A DNA stretch of 63,984 nucleotides, the filler included, from Octopus bimaculoides (taxonomy: Eukaryota): assembly GCF_001194135.2 (NCBI RefSeq). It is 9 parts of 9 records of this genome, joined end to end, with 100 filler letters (N's around TTAATTAATTAA, not from the genome) between each part and the next. Parts side by side here need not be neighbours in the genome. Positions count along the whole stretch, not along the records: positions 1 to 22,817 come from NC_068986.1; positions 22,918 to 35,687 come from NC_068987.1; 7 more parts are not named here. The stretch is one strand, 5' to 3'. This document shows, in pieces, positions 13,401 through 25,893 of the stretch (position 1 is the first letter of the stretch; the number at the start of each line of letters is the position of its first letter). The translations under genes and the position numbers were made by a program. The notes under the pieces were generated by a model. It was not told the origin of the DNA. It worked only from the letters and a program-made list of their open reading frames with translations, and ran no database searches.

Positions 13401-15408
13401 CATAGTAACTGATGGAGTGCCAGTTTCATCATCCTCATTTAACATCCATTGTCCATGCTGGCATGGGTTGGACGGTTTGACCAGGGCTAGCAAGCTGGAA
13501 GGTTGCACCAGACTCCAATCTGATTTGGCATGTTTTCTACTGCTGGATGCTCTCCCTAACGCCAATCACTCCAAGAGTGTAATGGGTGCTTTTATGTGCC
13601 AACCGGTATCTGCCACAACTGCGATTTTGCTCAGCTTGATGGGTCTTCTTCTCAAGCAGGACAGAATGCCANNNNNNNNNNTCTCAAGCAGGACACAATG
13701 CCAAAGGTTTCAGTCATAGCTTCTGTGAGGCCCAACACTTGAAAGGAACTCAGCCACTTTGCCCCTGTGAGTTTATATATTCCAAGAAGTAGTGTACTAG
13801 AGCACTGTATACAATAAGATCATCATCATCATCATTATTATTGTAATTACTATTAAGGTGGCGAGCTGGCAGACTCGTTAGCACGCCAGGCAAAGTGCTT
13901 AGCAGTATTTCATCTGTTGTTACATTCTGAGTTCAAACTCTGCCAAGGTCGACTTTGCTTTTCATCCTTTTGGGATCGATTAAAATAAAGTACCAGTCAA
14001 GTACTGTGGTTCGTGTAATCAACAAGCCCCCACCCCAATCCCTGCTCCAAAAATTTCAAGCCTTGTGTTTATCGTAGAAAGGATTATCATAATTATTGCC
14101 TTTCATACTTCTGAGGTCAATAATTACCAGTCAGGCACAGGAGTCAATGTAAATGATTAGCCCCCTCCCTCCATCCCTCCAAATTTCTGGCTTTCTGCCT
14201 ATAGTAGAAAGGATTATTATTTATTATTATTATCATTATTATTATTATTTATTATTATTATACCTACGTATAAGTTTTCTTTGTTCTACTGATTAGAATC
14301 ATCCAAAGACTAAAAATGAGAAAGATTGAGTAAAGAATTGAGAAGTTGACAGTCTCCAATACACACACACACACACACACACACATGAATGTAATTATTT
14401 TGCATGTGAGTGTCTGTGTGTATGTGTGTTATTTAAATCAGCAGTTACAAAGTGACTCAAAGGGTGAAGGCTTAGCGCATTGGCGCTTATGAAATTGGTA
14501 AATGCCACTGCACGAAACTCTTGGCCTTCGTGTCACATTGTGACTGCTGCCAATTAAATAATATATATGTGTACACACACACACACATGCATACAGTTTT
14601 TTTGTTGTTAGAGTTGTACTTCATGTTCCACACTAAACTAGAAATTCTCAAATAGGAAAATTAATGACAAAGTCTTGAAAACTTTCTCCATTGCCCTACC
14701 ATCCAATATCACCCTTTCAACACGAAACTTGAAGTATTGCAGTTGTAAGTCAGCTTGTAACACTAAGGCAAAAAACATATATTTACTCTACTGCATGTAT
14801 CTGAGTTCTCTCTATTTTGTCCATACCAGTAAATATACACATCACATCATATATGCGGTATCTATAGATGTATGTACAAAATGTATAATACTTTTGTCAC
14901 ATAGAATTATATATATATAAAATTTCAAAATCAATCACGCGAGATGAACTGTGGCACATAATCTGAATAATTAAAAAGAATTTAATTAAATAAAACATTT
15001 GCAAATTGTTCAGAGAAAGAGAGAGAAAGCAATCTGATAGATTTGGTTAATCTTTTTATGGCAATAATTAATCAACCAAAAGCATTAAGAAAAAACTCTT
15101 ACTGTTTTTTTCTCAAGTACATTCCATAAGTACAGTGTTGAATTATACAAATAAATTGACTTCTACATTCCAAAGATTTTACTGTGTGTCTTTGAATTAA
15201 CCACTATTTACTGATGTGCATTTACATGTTTTTGATTTTCCCATAATTAAAAAGAAACAGGTTTGTACATTTAATATCCTACAGTGGTGTAGGTTGAATA
15301 GATATTCAAATTTATGACATCACTGTACGTGGCTACCATAGCAAGAATTGTTTCTTTTAGTAAATGGTAAATAATTCTTTCTGTCAAATGTGTGAACAAT
15401 GTGTTTAC

Positions 15409-15490
15409 CTCTTTCATTTCTGAATATATATTGAAGGAATTGTCTTCATCATGGAACCCAGTATCAGCTGACAAGGTAGAAGACCGATTG
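15409..15490 (-). CDS. DOCK3/DOCK4: DOCK-B tail exon: (S)NRSSTLSADTGFHDEDNSFNIYSEMKE
   Basis: Acceptor ttttgtttctcttttctgtag|, donor GAG|gtaaac, 82 nt, phase 2 in (AG+C = Ser) and phase 0 out. Confidence 0.82.
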
Positions 15491-16743
15491 CTACAGAAAA
15501 GAGAAACAAAATTATAAAATTTACTATCAGAATGTCATTTCTTGGACATTAATAATTATACAAAGGTGGTAAGCCGGCAGAATTGTTAGCATGCAGGTCA
15601 AATTTATTCTGAGTTCAAATCCTGCTAGGGCCAACTTTCCCATTCATCTCTGGGGTCAATGAACTAAAATACTAGTCAAGTAGTAGGGTCGGTGCGATCA
15701 ACTTGATCCCTACTCTCAAAAACTGCAGGCCTTGACTGCTGCTATGGACCCATATCCGGTTCAAGGGGAATGTTGTGGTTTTGGTCATTTATCATCATCA
15801 TCATTGTTTAACGTCCGTTTTCCATGCTGGCGTGGGTTGGACGGTTTGACTGGGGACTGGTGAGCCAGAGGTCTGCACCAGGCTCCAATCTGATCTGGCA
15901 GTGTTTCTACAGCTGGATGCCCTTCCAAACATCAACCACTCCGAGAGTGTAATGGGTGCTTTTTCCGTGCCATCGGGATAGGAGCCAGTCAGGCGGCACT
16001 GGCATCAGCCACATTCAGATAGTGCTTTTAACGTGCTACCAGCACAGGAGCCAGTCAGGGCGGGGGCTGGCTGGGAAACTAGTCTTAAGAGTCTCAAAGC
16101 TCAAGAAAAAAAAANNNNNNNNNNNNNNNNNNNNNNNNNNNNNNNNNNNNNNNNNNNNNNNNNNNNNNNNNNNNNNNNNNNNNNNNNNNNNNNNNNNNNN
16201 NNNNNNNNNNNNNNNNNNNNNNNNNNNNNNNNNNNNNNNNNNNNNNNNNNNNNNNNNNNNNNNNNNNNNNNNNNNNNNNNNNNNNNNNNNNNNNNNNNNN
16301 NNNNNNNNNNNNNNNNNNNNNNNNNNNNNNNNNNNNNNNNNNNNNNNNNNNNNNNNNNNNNNNNNNNNNNNNNNNNNNNNNNNNNNNNNNNNNNNNNNNN
16401 NNNNNNNNNNNNNNNNNNNNNNNNNNNNNNNNNNNNNNNNNNNNNNNNNNNNNNNNNNNNNNNNNNNNNNNNNNNNNNNNNNNNNNNNNNNNNNNNNNNN
16501 NNNNNNNNNNNNNNNNNNNNNNNNNNNNNNNNNNNNNNNNNNNNNNNNNNNNNNNNNNNNNNNNNNNNNNNNNNNNNNNNNNNNNNNNNNNNNNNNNNNN
16601 NNNNNNNNNNNNNNNNNNNNNNNNNNNNNNNNNNNNNNNNNNNNNNNNNNNNNNNNNNNNNNNNNNNNNNNNNNNNNNNNNNNNNNNNNNNNNNNNNNNN
16701 NNNNNNNNNNNNNNNNNNNNNNNNNNNNNNNNNNNNNNNNNNN

Positions 16744-16783
<40 letters not shown>

Positions 16784-16791
16784 GTATGTAA

Positions 16792-17505
16792 TTACTGGGC
16801 CATCCTATAAATAATGCAGTTTTTCCAATTGCATGTCAGAGGGGGATGAGGTAAACTACCTGCATCAACTTGCTATAAAAGCAGGTAGTAATTTTACCTT
16901 GTACTTATTCTTAGTGCAAGTTTTAAAAAGTGAAGTTCAGTTTTATTAGTTATTTTTTCAAAACAATAATGGAAGTGACAAAGGAGCATATTCGGGATAT
17001 TTTGCTCTATGAGTTCAATAAAGGCAACAACGTAACGGAAAGTGCAAGGAATATTAATGCAGTATAAGGGGATTGGACAATAAGTGTAGGCCAATGTCAA
17101 CAGTGGTTCCAGAAATTCTGAACCGGAAACTACTGCCTAGAAGACGAGCCTCATCTTGGAAGATCTGTAGAGTTCAGCGAGGACATCCTGCAAACCCTGG
17201 TGGAACAAAATTCCATTGTAACTGTTGAGGAAATAGCAGAGAAGCTTGGATTTGGTCGTTCAACCATTCATCAACACCTGCACCCCATCAGAGAATTCAA
17301 CAAATTGGGTCGAACTTTCTGAATCTAATCATCTTTGCTGTCACATCTCATGAACAAACCTTTTTTGGACTGAATAGTGACTGGTAATGAGAAATGGGTT
17401 CTCTATAAAAATGTCAAGCACCAAAGACAGTGGGCAGGGAAAGGAGGAATACTGGCACCCCAGGCTAAAGAAGGTCTTCACCCATGTAAGATGTTGCTAT
17501 CTGTT
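16792..17505 (+). mobile_element. Mariner transposon, 5' half, pseudogenised
   Basis: TIR-like start TACTGGGCCATCCTATAAATAATGC. ATG at 16969 gives MEVTKEHIRDILLYEFNKG...QCQQWFQKF*TGNYCLEDEP..GRS...TVEEIAEKLGF, then IVTGNEKWVLYKNVK (first catalytic Asp region, D to N). Contains stops and deletions. Confidence 0.92.
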
Positions 17506-17700
17506 GCCAGCTCCTTGTCAAACTGTCCAATCTATACCAGCTTAGAAAGTGGACATTAAATGATAACGATTCAAAGAAACACCCAAATTTACCAAGATGT
17601 AAATCCACAAGAATAACCGTTTCCTAAAAAGATTCTAAAATCAAATTAGGAGCAAGAAAATAGAAAGGGGAAAGACAAAACAAAAAAAAAGGAAACAAAC

Positions 17701-17807
17701 CTGCTGTTTGAGTGAATGGATCCCGTGCTGGGGGTACTTGGTCGATCTTCAAACAAATCTAAACGGTTTGAAGGTGTCTGGTGCATTCGACCAAAAGATG
17801 GTGAGCC
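17701..17807 (-). CDS. DOCK3/DOCK4: DOCK-B tail exon: GSPSFGRMHQTPSNRLDLFEDRPSTPSTGSIHSNS(S)
   Basis: Acceptor tttctttctccaag|, donor CAG|gtttgt, 107 nt, phase 0 in and phase 2 out, matching the next exon. Ser/Pro-rich as expected after DHR-2. Confidence 0.82.
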
Positions 17808-19833
17808 CTTGGAGAAAGAAATTGATAATCTAATAAGAATATGGATAACATTGATGTGAAATAAAGGAAATGGAAACTCAGAGAGTTGTAGTTAGATATT
17901 TTGTCTAAAGAAATATTTGGAAAAATTAATAAAAGAAGCAATAAAATGGTTGTTTAAGCCTTTAACAGTCAGATTTCTCTGCCAAGTGTTTTGATTATTT
18001 ATTCACATTGTTTTGAATTAATCATGGATTATCTCAAAGCCTCAAGATTATGATGATGGAATTTTTTATTTTTACAATAACATTGTAGGGTAGATGTGCA
18101 AGGTTGGTTCTGGTTAATTTGAACAGAAAAGAGGAAGAAAATTTTGGCCAGGTCAAGCTAATTTGAATGCTAAAGCTTTAAACATGCACGTTTCCATGCT
18201 TGCATGGCTCAGACAGAGTTTACTGAGGCAGGTTTTCTGTGATCAGAAACTCTTTCTGTTGTTAAACCTCTCCAGTTTCCAAACAACATTGGAAATAATA
18301 GACATCACTTGTATGAAGGTGCTACTTGTTTGCAAGTATCACATGATGTCAAGACAAGAAGACACTCACACACAACCAACTTCCTTACATGCATACATGC
18401 ATGCACATGCACACACACACATATACATGTAATGTGCTTCCTTCAGTTTCTGTGTGCTAAATTCACTGACAAGGCTTTTGTCAGTCAAGGACTATAGAAG
18501 AAAACACTTGCCTAAAGTGCCTTGCAGTGGGACTGAACCCAGAGCCATGTGATTGGGAAGCAAACTTCTTACCACACAGCAACAACACTTGTCAATACTT
18601 AGGAGCTTCTATTTGGTTACTGAATCAGTTTAAAGGTCTTTCCTGCACATTTTGGCAGTGCATAAGAACAAACACTTCATATCACTGCCAGCCTTATTAA
18701 GGCAGCGAGAGCTGGCACAGTCATTGGCATGCTGGGCAAAATTGCCTAGCAGCAGCATTTCATCTATCTTTACATTTTGAAGTCAAATTCCGCAGAGCTC
18801 AACTTTGCCTTTCATCATTTTGGTATTGCACTGGTGTCAATGTAATCAACTTACCTGCCCCTTCAAAATTGTTGGCTTTGTGCTGAAATTTGAAGCTGAC
18901 ATTACTGCTTGCCTTAGTCTACCTTACTGACAGAAGTCACTCAAGGGAGATCAGTGATGTTGGCTTTGATTGAATAAATCTGTAACTAAAGACATTCCTG
19001 TCTTTATCTAGCATAGTGTACCTTGGGCTATATTATCCAATGTGTTGCTCCTCTACAACAAGAAACCTGTTCTGCTGCAGCCTTTTTCTCTCATCACTTT
19101 ATCCCTCTCTATTCTTTATTCTCCTAGCATAAAGAAACACCATTTTCTAATTTTGCAAGCTGTATGATGATTCCACTAGTGCTGGTGCCATGTTGTGAAG
19201 TGGTTCACATTAAGAAGGGCCTCCAGCTGTAGAAACCATCCCAAACAGAGCTTGAAGCACAATGCAATCCTTCGATCTATTGGATCTTATCAGACTGTCC
19301 AACCCATGCCAGCATGGAACATGGACATTAAATGATGAAGGATGATGAAGAAGTGTACTAGACTTTCTTAAGATGAAGAATTGTTTTTTTTAAAAACTTG
19401 CAAGAAATTTTGAAAAATGAAAAATTAAAAGTGTGGCTGTGTGGTAAGAAGCTTGCCTCCCAACCACATGATTCCAGGTTCAGTCCCACTATGTGGCATC
19501 TTAGGCAAGTGTCTTCTACTATTCCTCAGGTCAACCAAAGCCTTGTGAGTGGATTTGGTAGATGGAAACTGAAAGAAGCCTATCATATCTATCTATGTGT
19601 ATCTGTGTTTATCTCTTGCCACCACTTGACAATCAGTGTCAGTGCATTTATACCCCTGTGTACTTAGCAGTTCGGCAAAAGAGACCAATAGAAAAAGTAT
19701 CAGGCTTTTTAAAAGAGAATTAGAATCGGGGTTGATTCATTTGACTAAAATTTCTTGCAGACGGTACCCCAGCATGGCCACAGTCTAATGATTGAAACAA
19801 GTAAAGGAGAAAGTCTTCATGTTAGAAACTTAC

Positions 19834-19959
19834 AGTAATTGCATGTTTAATATTTTTCTTCAAAATAACCAAATTTTCTTCCATTGTTTTATGTAAAGGC
19901 AAAATAGCATCAGTGACATGGTTCCCATGTAAAGTTAGACCATTTTCAAGAACTTGAAG
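19834..19959 (-). CDS. DOCK3/DOCK4: DOCK-B exon, end of DHR-2: LQVLENGLTLHGNHVTDAILPLHKTMEENLVILKKNIKHAIT
   Basis: Acceptor attttctttctttcag|, donor ACT|gtaagt, 126 nt, phase 0-0. L..GL..HG......PLH pattern of the DHR-2 C-terminal helix. Confidence 0.93.
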
Positions 19960-21098
19960 CTGAAAGAAAGAAAATAAAATGGGTACAGAATATAGAAACG
20001 AGTGGCAGATATAGAAAGACAGAGGATTTGTGAAGGGTGAGAGAGTGAGAGAAAAAGTACAGAGAAAATAACAGCAGAGAGAGAGAGAGAGGCAAGTATG
20101 CAGACAGAGAGAGACATAGAAACTGAGACAAGACAGAGGGGAGCAAGAAATAGGAGAAGAGGAGGAAGAGAGAGAGAGTATTTAAATGTCAGTTAAATGC
20201 TGGTAGGGACACCACATTTTGTTTTACAACCATGGCATATTCTACCAAGTATACTAAAGGTTTATAAGCAATACTGTGTCCTGTCCTTTTGTGTTAGAAG
20301 GGCATTGTTTTCCTTGCTTTTAAGTTTATCTTTAGATACACATTCTGAAGAAAATCTGTAGAGACATACTTTAAATATCAAATAACAACGTTCAATGTTT
20401 ACAGAGTAGGAAACATGGAACAGCATGGCAGTAGCATTAGTAGTGGTAGTTGCAGTAGTAAAGGGTAAAGTACCCCTTCGGTCATGAATGACCATGGGAT
20501 TGCACCTAGAAAGTTCCCCTCCGAGGTACAAGTGCGAGCAATGATGCTTATAGAAGACCAGCAGACACCCATGCATACCAGTCTCTCCTCTCCACACGAT
20601 TATATGCTCATAGGGTAAAGAGTAAGTTCCCCTCCGAGGTACGAGTCCGGACAATGATGTTTATGGAAGACCAGCGGTCACCCATGCATGCTGGCCTTCC
20701 TTCTCCATGCCACTGATGTTATCCTAGAGAAAGGCAAAGGCCAATACAACCTGGCACCAGTGATACCACAACTCATTTCTACAGCTGAGAGAACTGGAGC
20801 AACATGAAATGAAGTGTCTTGCTCAAGAACTTCAACACACAGCCCAGTATGGGAATCAAACTCACTGCCTCATGATTGTGAGCCTGATGTTCTAACCACT
20901 GAGCTATGCACCTTCACATGTAGTAGTAGTAGTAGTAGTATTATATATAATCATGTAGTAGTATATATAATCTTGTAGTAGCAGTAACATTAGTAGTGGT
21001 AGAAGTAATAGTTAGTCCCCTAGTAATACAATGATAATTACATTCTTAATTAGGAGAGAATGAAATTAATGGGCAACAAAAGAGAAAGACAGACTTAC

Positions 21099-21182
21099 TT
21101 GGCGTAGCATGACAGCTTTTAATTCTTCTAAATGATTTAATTCATCTGGGTATTTGGCAGCAAATTCTTGAGTAAAAAATGC
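21099..21182 (-). CDS. DOCK3/DOCK4: DOCK-B exon: AFFTQEFAAKYPDELNHLEELKAVMLRQ
   Basis: Acceptor tttttcttgctattctag|, donor CAA|gtaagt, 84 nt, phase 0-0. Continues KYQE|AFF as in DOCK proteins. Confidence 0.93.
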
Positions 21183-21267
21183 CTAGAATAGCAAGAAAAA
21201 CATTTCGAAAATAACAGGAAAAGCCAAACGGAAGGGAATGGAAATTTGGTAATAAAAAATTATGGCA

Positions 21268-21314
<47 letters not shown>

Positions 21315-21670
21315 GATGGTGGTAGTAGTGATAATGACGATTATGATGATGATGATGATGATGACGACGGTGGTGGTGGTGATAATGACAATGATGATTA
21401 TGATGACAATGATGAAAATGTTAAAGATAATGGTAAGCATCTCTGCTGGTTCCATGTATAAAGCATCTGTGTTGGCATTAGGAAGGGTATGTAGCCATAG
21501 AAACCATGCTGAAACAGACAATTGGAGCTTGGTACAGCTCTCCAGCCTTACCAGCTCCTGTCAAACTGTCCGACCCATGCCAGCATGGAAAATGGATGTT
21601 AAATGATGACGACGAGGAACACGACGACAGTGATGACAATGACAATGAGAAGGCTATTAAAGCGAGTTAC

Positions 21671-21934
21671 CTCTTGATATTTGGCTATGCCTCCATTCAC
21701 AGTAGCATTGATAGTTCCCCTGAGTTTCATAGACAGTAAAGTAAGCTCGGAGGTTGGTTTGATCTGACATTTTTCTATTTGGATTATCAAATCTTTGGTC
21801 ACCTGCTTCATCAGGTCAATCGCACCTTCAATTGGAGTTAGGTTCTCAACGTCGATGCTCTCCACTTCATACCATCGGAGAATTCCAGGTAATTTTTCAA
21901 CAGTCTTGATTATAGATCGCTCTATACAGAGAGT
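21671..21934 (-). CDS. DOCK3/DOCK4: DOCK-B (DOCK3/4-like) exon, catalytic part of the DHR-2 GEF domain: TLCIERSIIKTVEKLPGILRWYEVESIDVENLTPIEGAIDLMKQVTKDLIIQIEKCQIKPTSELTLLSMKLRGTINATVNGGIAKYQE
   Basis: Acceptor ttttcttcgttcccag|, donor GAG|gtaact, 264 nt, phase 0-0. Motifs L.IER...LPGILRW.EV and LSM.L.G.I.A.VNGGIA.YQE match DOCK3/4 DHR-2 as I recall it; the nucleotide-sensor Val of VNGG is retained. Confidence 0.95.
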
Positions 21935-21995
21935 CTGGGAACGAAGAAAACACATATTTATATATACATACATACACACACACACAAATGCGCAC

Positions 21996-22034
<39 letters not shown>

Positions 22035-22351
22035 CATACACACACACATACATATACACACACATATACATGTCTAGTACCCCCTGACTGGCTCCTGTGC
22101 CCATGGCAAATAAAAAGCACCATCCGAACGTGGCCAATGCCAGTACCCCCTTACTGGTCCCCGTGCCAGTGGCACGTAAAAAGCACCCACTACACTCTCA
22201 GAGTGGTTGCCGTTAAGGAAGGGCATCCAGCTGTAGAAACCTTGCCAGATTGGAGCCTGGTGCAGCAGCTGGCTCTCCAGACCTCAGTCAAAGCATCCAA
22301 CCCATGCCAGCATGGAAAACGGACATTAAATGATGGTGGTGATGATGATGG

Positions 22352-22397
<46 letters not shown>

Positions 22398-22434
22398 CAT
22401 ATATACATACATACATACATATATGTATATATAC

Positions 22435-22810
22435 CATCATCATCATCATTGTTTAATGTCCGCTTTCCATGCTGGCATGGGTTGGACAGTTTGACTGAGG
22501 ACTGGTGAGCCAGAGGCTGCACCAGGCTCCAATCTGATCTGGCAAAGTTTCTACAGCTGGATGCCCTTCCTAATGCCAACCACTCTGAGAATGTAGTGGG
22601 TGCTTTTTATGTGCCACCACCACGAGGGCCAGTCAGGTGGTTCTGGCAACGACCACGCTCAAAAGGTGTTTTTATGTGCTACCTGCACGGGAGCCAGTCC
22701 GGCGGCACTGGCAACAACCATGCTCAAATGTTGTTTTTCACGTACCACCGGTACATGTGCCAGTAAGGCAATGCCAGCAACGATCATGCTCAAATGATTG
22801 TTGCCAGCGT
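22435..22810 (+). mobile_element. Interspersed repeat family C (starts at (CAT)n). Other copies: 1560-2040(+), 3115-3410(+), 5905-6150(-), 12560-12850(-), 13420-13750(+), 15790-16075(+), 19170-19350(-), 21440-21610(-), 22080-22350(-), 35845-36090(+), 38220-38520(-)
   Basis: Recurrent TTTAACGTCCGTTTTCCATGCTGGCATGGGTTGGACGGTTTGAC...CTACAGCTGGATGCCCTTCCTAACGCCAACCAC. Strand is given relative to this reading; true element polarity is not established. Confidence 0.85.
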
Positions 22811-22817
22811 CATTTAT

Positions 22818-22917
22818 NNNNNNNNNNNNNNNNNNNNNNNNNNNNNNNNNNNNNNNNNNNNTTAATTAATTAANNNNNNNNNNNNNNNNNNNNNNNNNNN
22901 NNNNNNNNNNNNNNNNN
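22818..22917. other. Artificial scaffold spacer (44 N + TTAATTAATTAA + 44 N). Also at 35688-35787, 44808-44907, 46580-46679, 53077-53176, 58348-58447, 59766-59865 and 62601-62700
   Basis: Identical 100-bp construction appears eight times; the 12-mer contains a PacI site and stops in all six frames. Confidence 0.97.
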
Positions 22918-25845
22918 TACTGAAATCTATTTGAAAATGATACCAGGCTTACCATCTCTACAGGAGGTGCAAAAAATCGTGCTAACTGGAACGACTCATG
23001 TACTAAGAAGAGCATTATCGCTGTGAAAACAACATCCATTCATGATTTTTTTTTCTTCTTAAATACATGTTTTACCTATGAATTTGCGTGTGTAAATTGG
23101 GAATGCATACAACGTTTCTCTGCCCTAGGTGTACGGAAAACACTCGGCCAGAAATGGGAAAAAATTTGAAGAAAGAAGAAAAAAAAACATAATAATAATA
23201 AAACCAACAACAATAATTATGAAAATAACTTAGGCACATGGGCAAATATTAATCAATTACATTTACCCTAGTATTTTCTTCGATTCTTGATGAAGTTGAC
23301 CTCGGTTTTTTGAAACTCAGCTGCAACTAAATACCGTGAGGAATTGTCACTATCGCTCTAACGATTCTTCTAGCACGTCGAATATTGACATTTTATGCTT
23401 CTAACGTAGCCATAAAGCCTGAATTTCTGCGGGGATGCACAATAATTCTTGAGAATTGGTGGTAGTGTGGGCACGAAAAGCAAAGTTTGTGCATTGCACC
23501 ACAATGGCTCGGGAGAAAAGTCTTCCAGCATGTTCTGTCACTTGTTTCTTATGCGACTTGTTTCCATATCATCCACATCATTTTAAACGTTTCTTCTGCT
23601 AATCTCTAACCAGTTAATCCTCAAGTGTCTTGCTTCCAATTTTCCTTTCTTAGCTTCAATATAAAGCTCATCTTGTAAATCTCTTTGGTCTTTTGAATTA
23701 ATGTTCAAATGATTTCTCTTAAGTCCCGTTATTTGTTGATCGATGGGATCTAGTATTTATCGTAATTATTTGATGCATCATGCTACATTAGCCGAGCGAG
23801 GAGGTATATGGTTCGTATCGTAGCAGACGTTAGATCTAGATCCTATAGATTCTATTTACCTGACAGATTAGAATGTTCAAAACATGCATAAAAATATCCG
23901 GTCTAACAAAAACAGAAGTGATTAACGTTGGAAATATTTTAAGTGGGAAAATCTCAAGCAATGATATCAGCTCAGCTATAGTCGGAATATTATGTTGAAG
24001 AAAATTAAATGCTTGAAGTCGCTAGTGAGGTGTCAGAAAATAGAAGTATGCTGATAACGAGGCCAGATTTAAAACAGACAAGACTTAAACATTTTGAGAA
24101 AACGTCTAGGGAGCAAGTCTCCGTCCAGACATAAGCTGAGAATTTTCACAGATACATAGTTAAAAGTTTCGCGAAGTAAAAAAAGTAATTTGTATCGAAA
24201 CTAGCATTTGAATAGTAATTTATTCTAACGTAAATGATTCAATGTTAATGATTTCTTCAGTGAGATTTGAAATCAGAACACAGACAACCGGAATAATTTA
24301 CCGCATGGTATTTTACTCAATAGTCTAACGACTCATGAATTGACCACACACATATAATAATCCATTTTAACATAGGCACAAGGCCTGAAACTTATGGTGG
24401 AAACAGCCAAATATATCAATGTCACTACTTGATTGGTAATTTATTTCATCGATCTCCAGAAGAATGAAAAGCATTATTGACCTTGGCGGGAATGAATTCA
24501 TAAAGAAAACAACCAGAAAACCTATAAGAATAACACAAACATATAATAAAGGAAAAAATGGAAATAATAATAAAAATAACAATGATGAATATAAAGATGT
24601 TGATAAGAAGGAAAAGTGAGAAAACGATACATATTCCTTTTATATATTTTGCAACTCATTATGGTTACCCACACAAACGCATACCGACTCAGAAATAAAT
24701 CATACTAACATAAATGCATTTAAATGCACGTATACGCACTCTCAAAACAAACACATATACACTTACAACGCATATAGAAATGCACAGGGAGAAGCACAAA
24801 GGCACACATACATTGCAAACAACAACAACAACGACAGCAACAACGAGAAATCTCATTATCATGATAAGATCTTCAAAGTATGCTTAAAAGAGAAACGACG
24901 AATAAAAACATGAAGAATAAGAAAAGTAAGATAGCGACATACCAAAATAAAACTCGAAGAAAGAAGAGAAAAAAAAAGAAATGCCAAGAAAAGAAAAATA
25001 AACGTGAAGGAAAGGAAAACAAAGATAAGGAAAATGAATAGAAACGCGTAGAAACTTAGTGAAGGAAGTGAGAAGTAAGAAGTGTTCAAAGAGAATCTTC
25101 CAATGTTTTCGCTATTTTAAAGGCAATCAATTTGATTAGAGCAGTGGAGGAGAAATTAGTTGTATTTAAAAATGTATTGACTTCGCTAGCAAAATGTTGA
25201 TTTCGGGTGAAAGATAAGATTGTTGTGAGTCAATCTGGTTAGAGCAACACTATCGTAAGTGGAAATGCTAATTAGCTCCTGATGATATAAACTACAGTAT
25301 GATTAAACAGCATGTGTCGGTTTGAAAATTGCAACGCCATCTAATCTGCAGCTTGAATTTTCAGTTTGGAGACCAATAGTAATTATTCTCAATTATTCAT
25401 CTCTAGTTATTCAGTTTCCCCAACTCCGTATCCAACTCTCAGTTTCTACACCATCTCTCTCCCTATCTCTTTTTCTTTCTTTCCAACTCTATCCCTTCCT
25501 CTCTCACTAACTCTCCTCTTTCTGATCATTTTATTTGTATTTCTTACACATACTCACACACAAAGACAGACATACGCACACGCACACTAATGCATATACA
25601 TATATCAATATTTTTATATTTAAATATACATATATATANNNNNNNNNNNNNNNNNNNNNNNNNNNNNNNNNNNNNNNNNNNNNNNNNNNNNNNNNNNNNN
25701 NNNNNNNNNNNNNNNNNNNNNNNNNNNNNNNNNNNNNNNNNNNNNNNNNNNNNNNNNNNNNNNNNNNNNNNNNNNNNNNNNNNNNNNNNNNNNNNNNNTT
25801 CTGCATGGCCGCAGTCACATGACTGAAACAAGTAAAAGAATATAA

Positions 25846-25893
<48 letters not shown>

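Noticed and set aside
14675-14790. CSCKSACNTK Cys cluster
   Set aside because: Too short to assign; possibly a transposase C-terminal relic.
22862-22873. Recurrent TTAATTAATTAA as a biological motif, and the spacer series as a CRISPR-like array
   Set aside because: Always centred in exactly 44+44 Ns, so it is an assembly linker.
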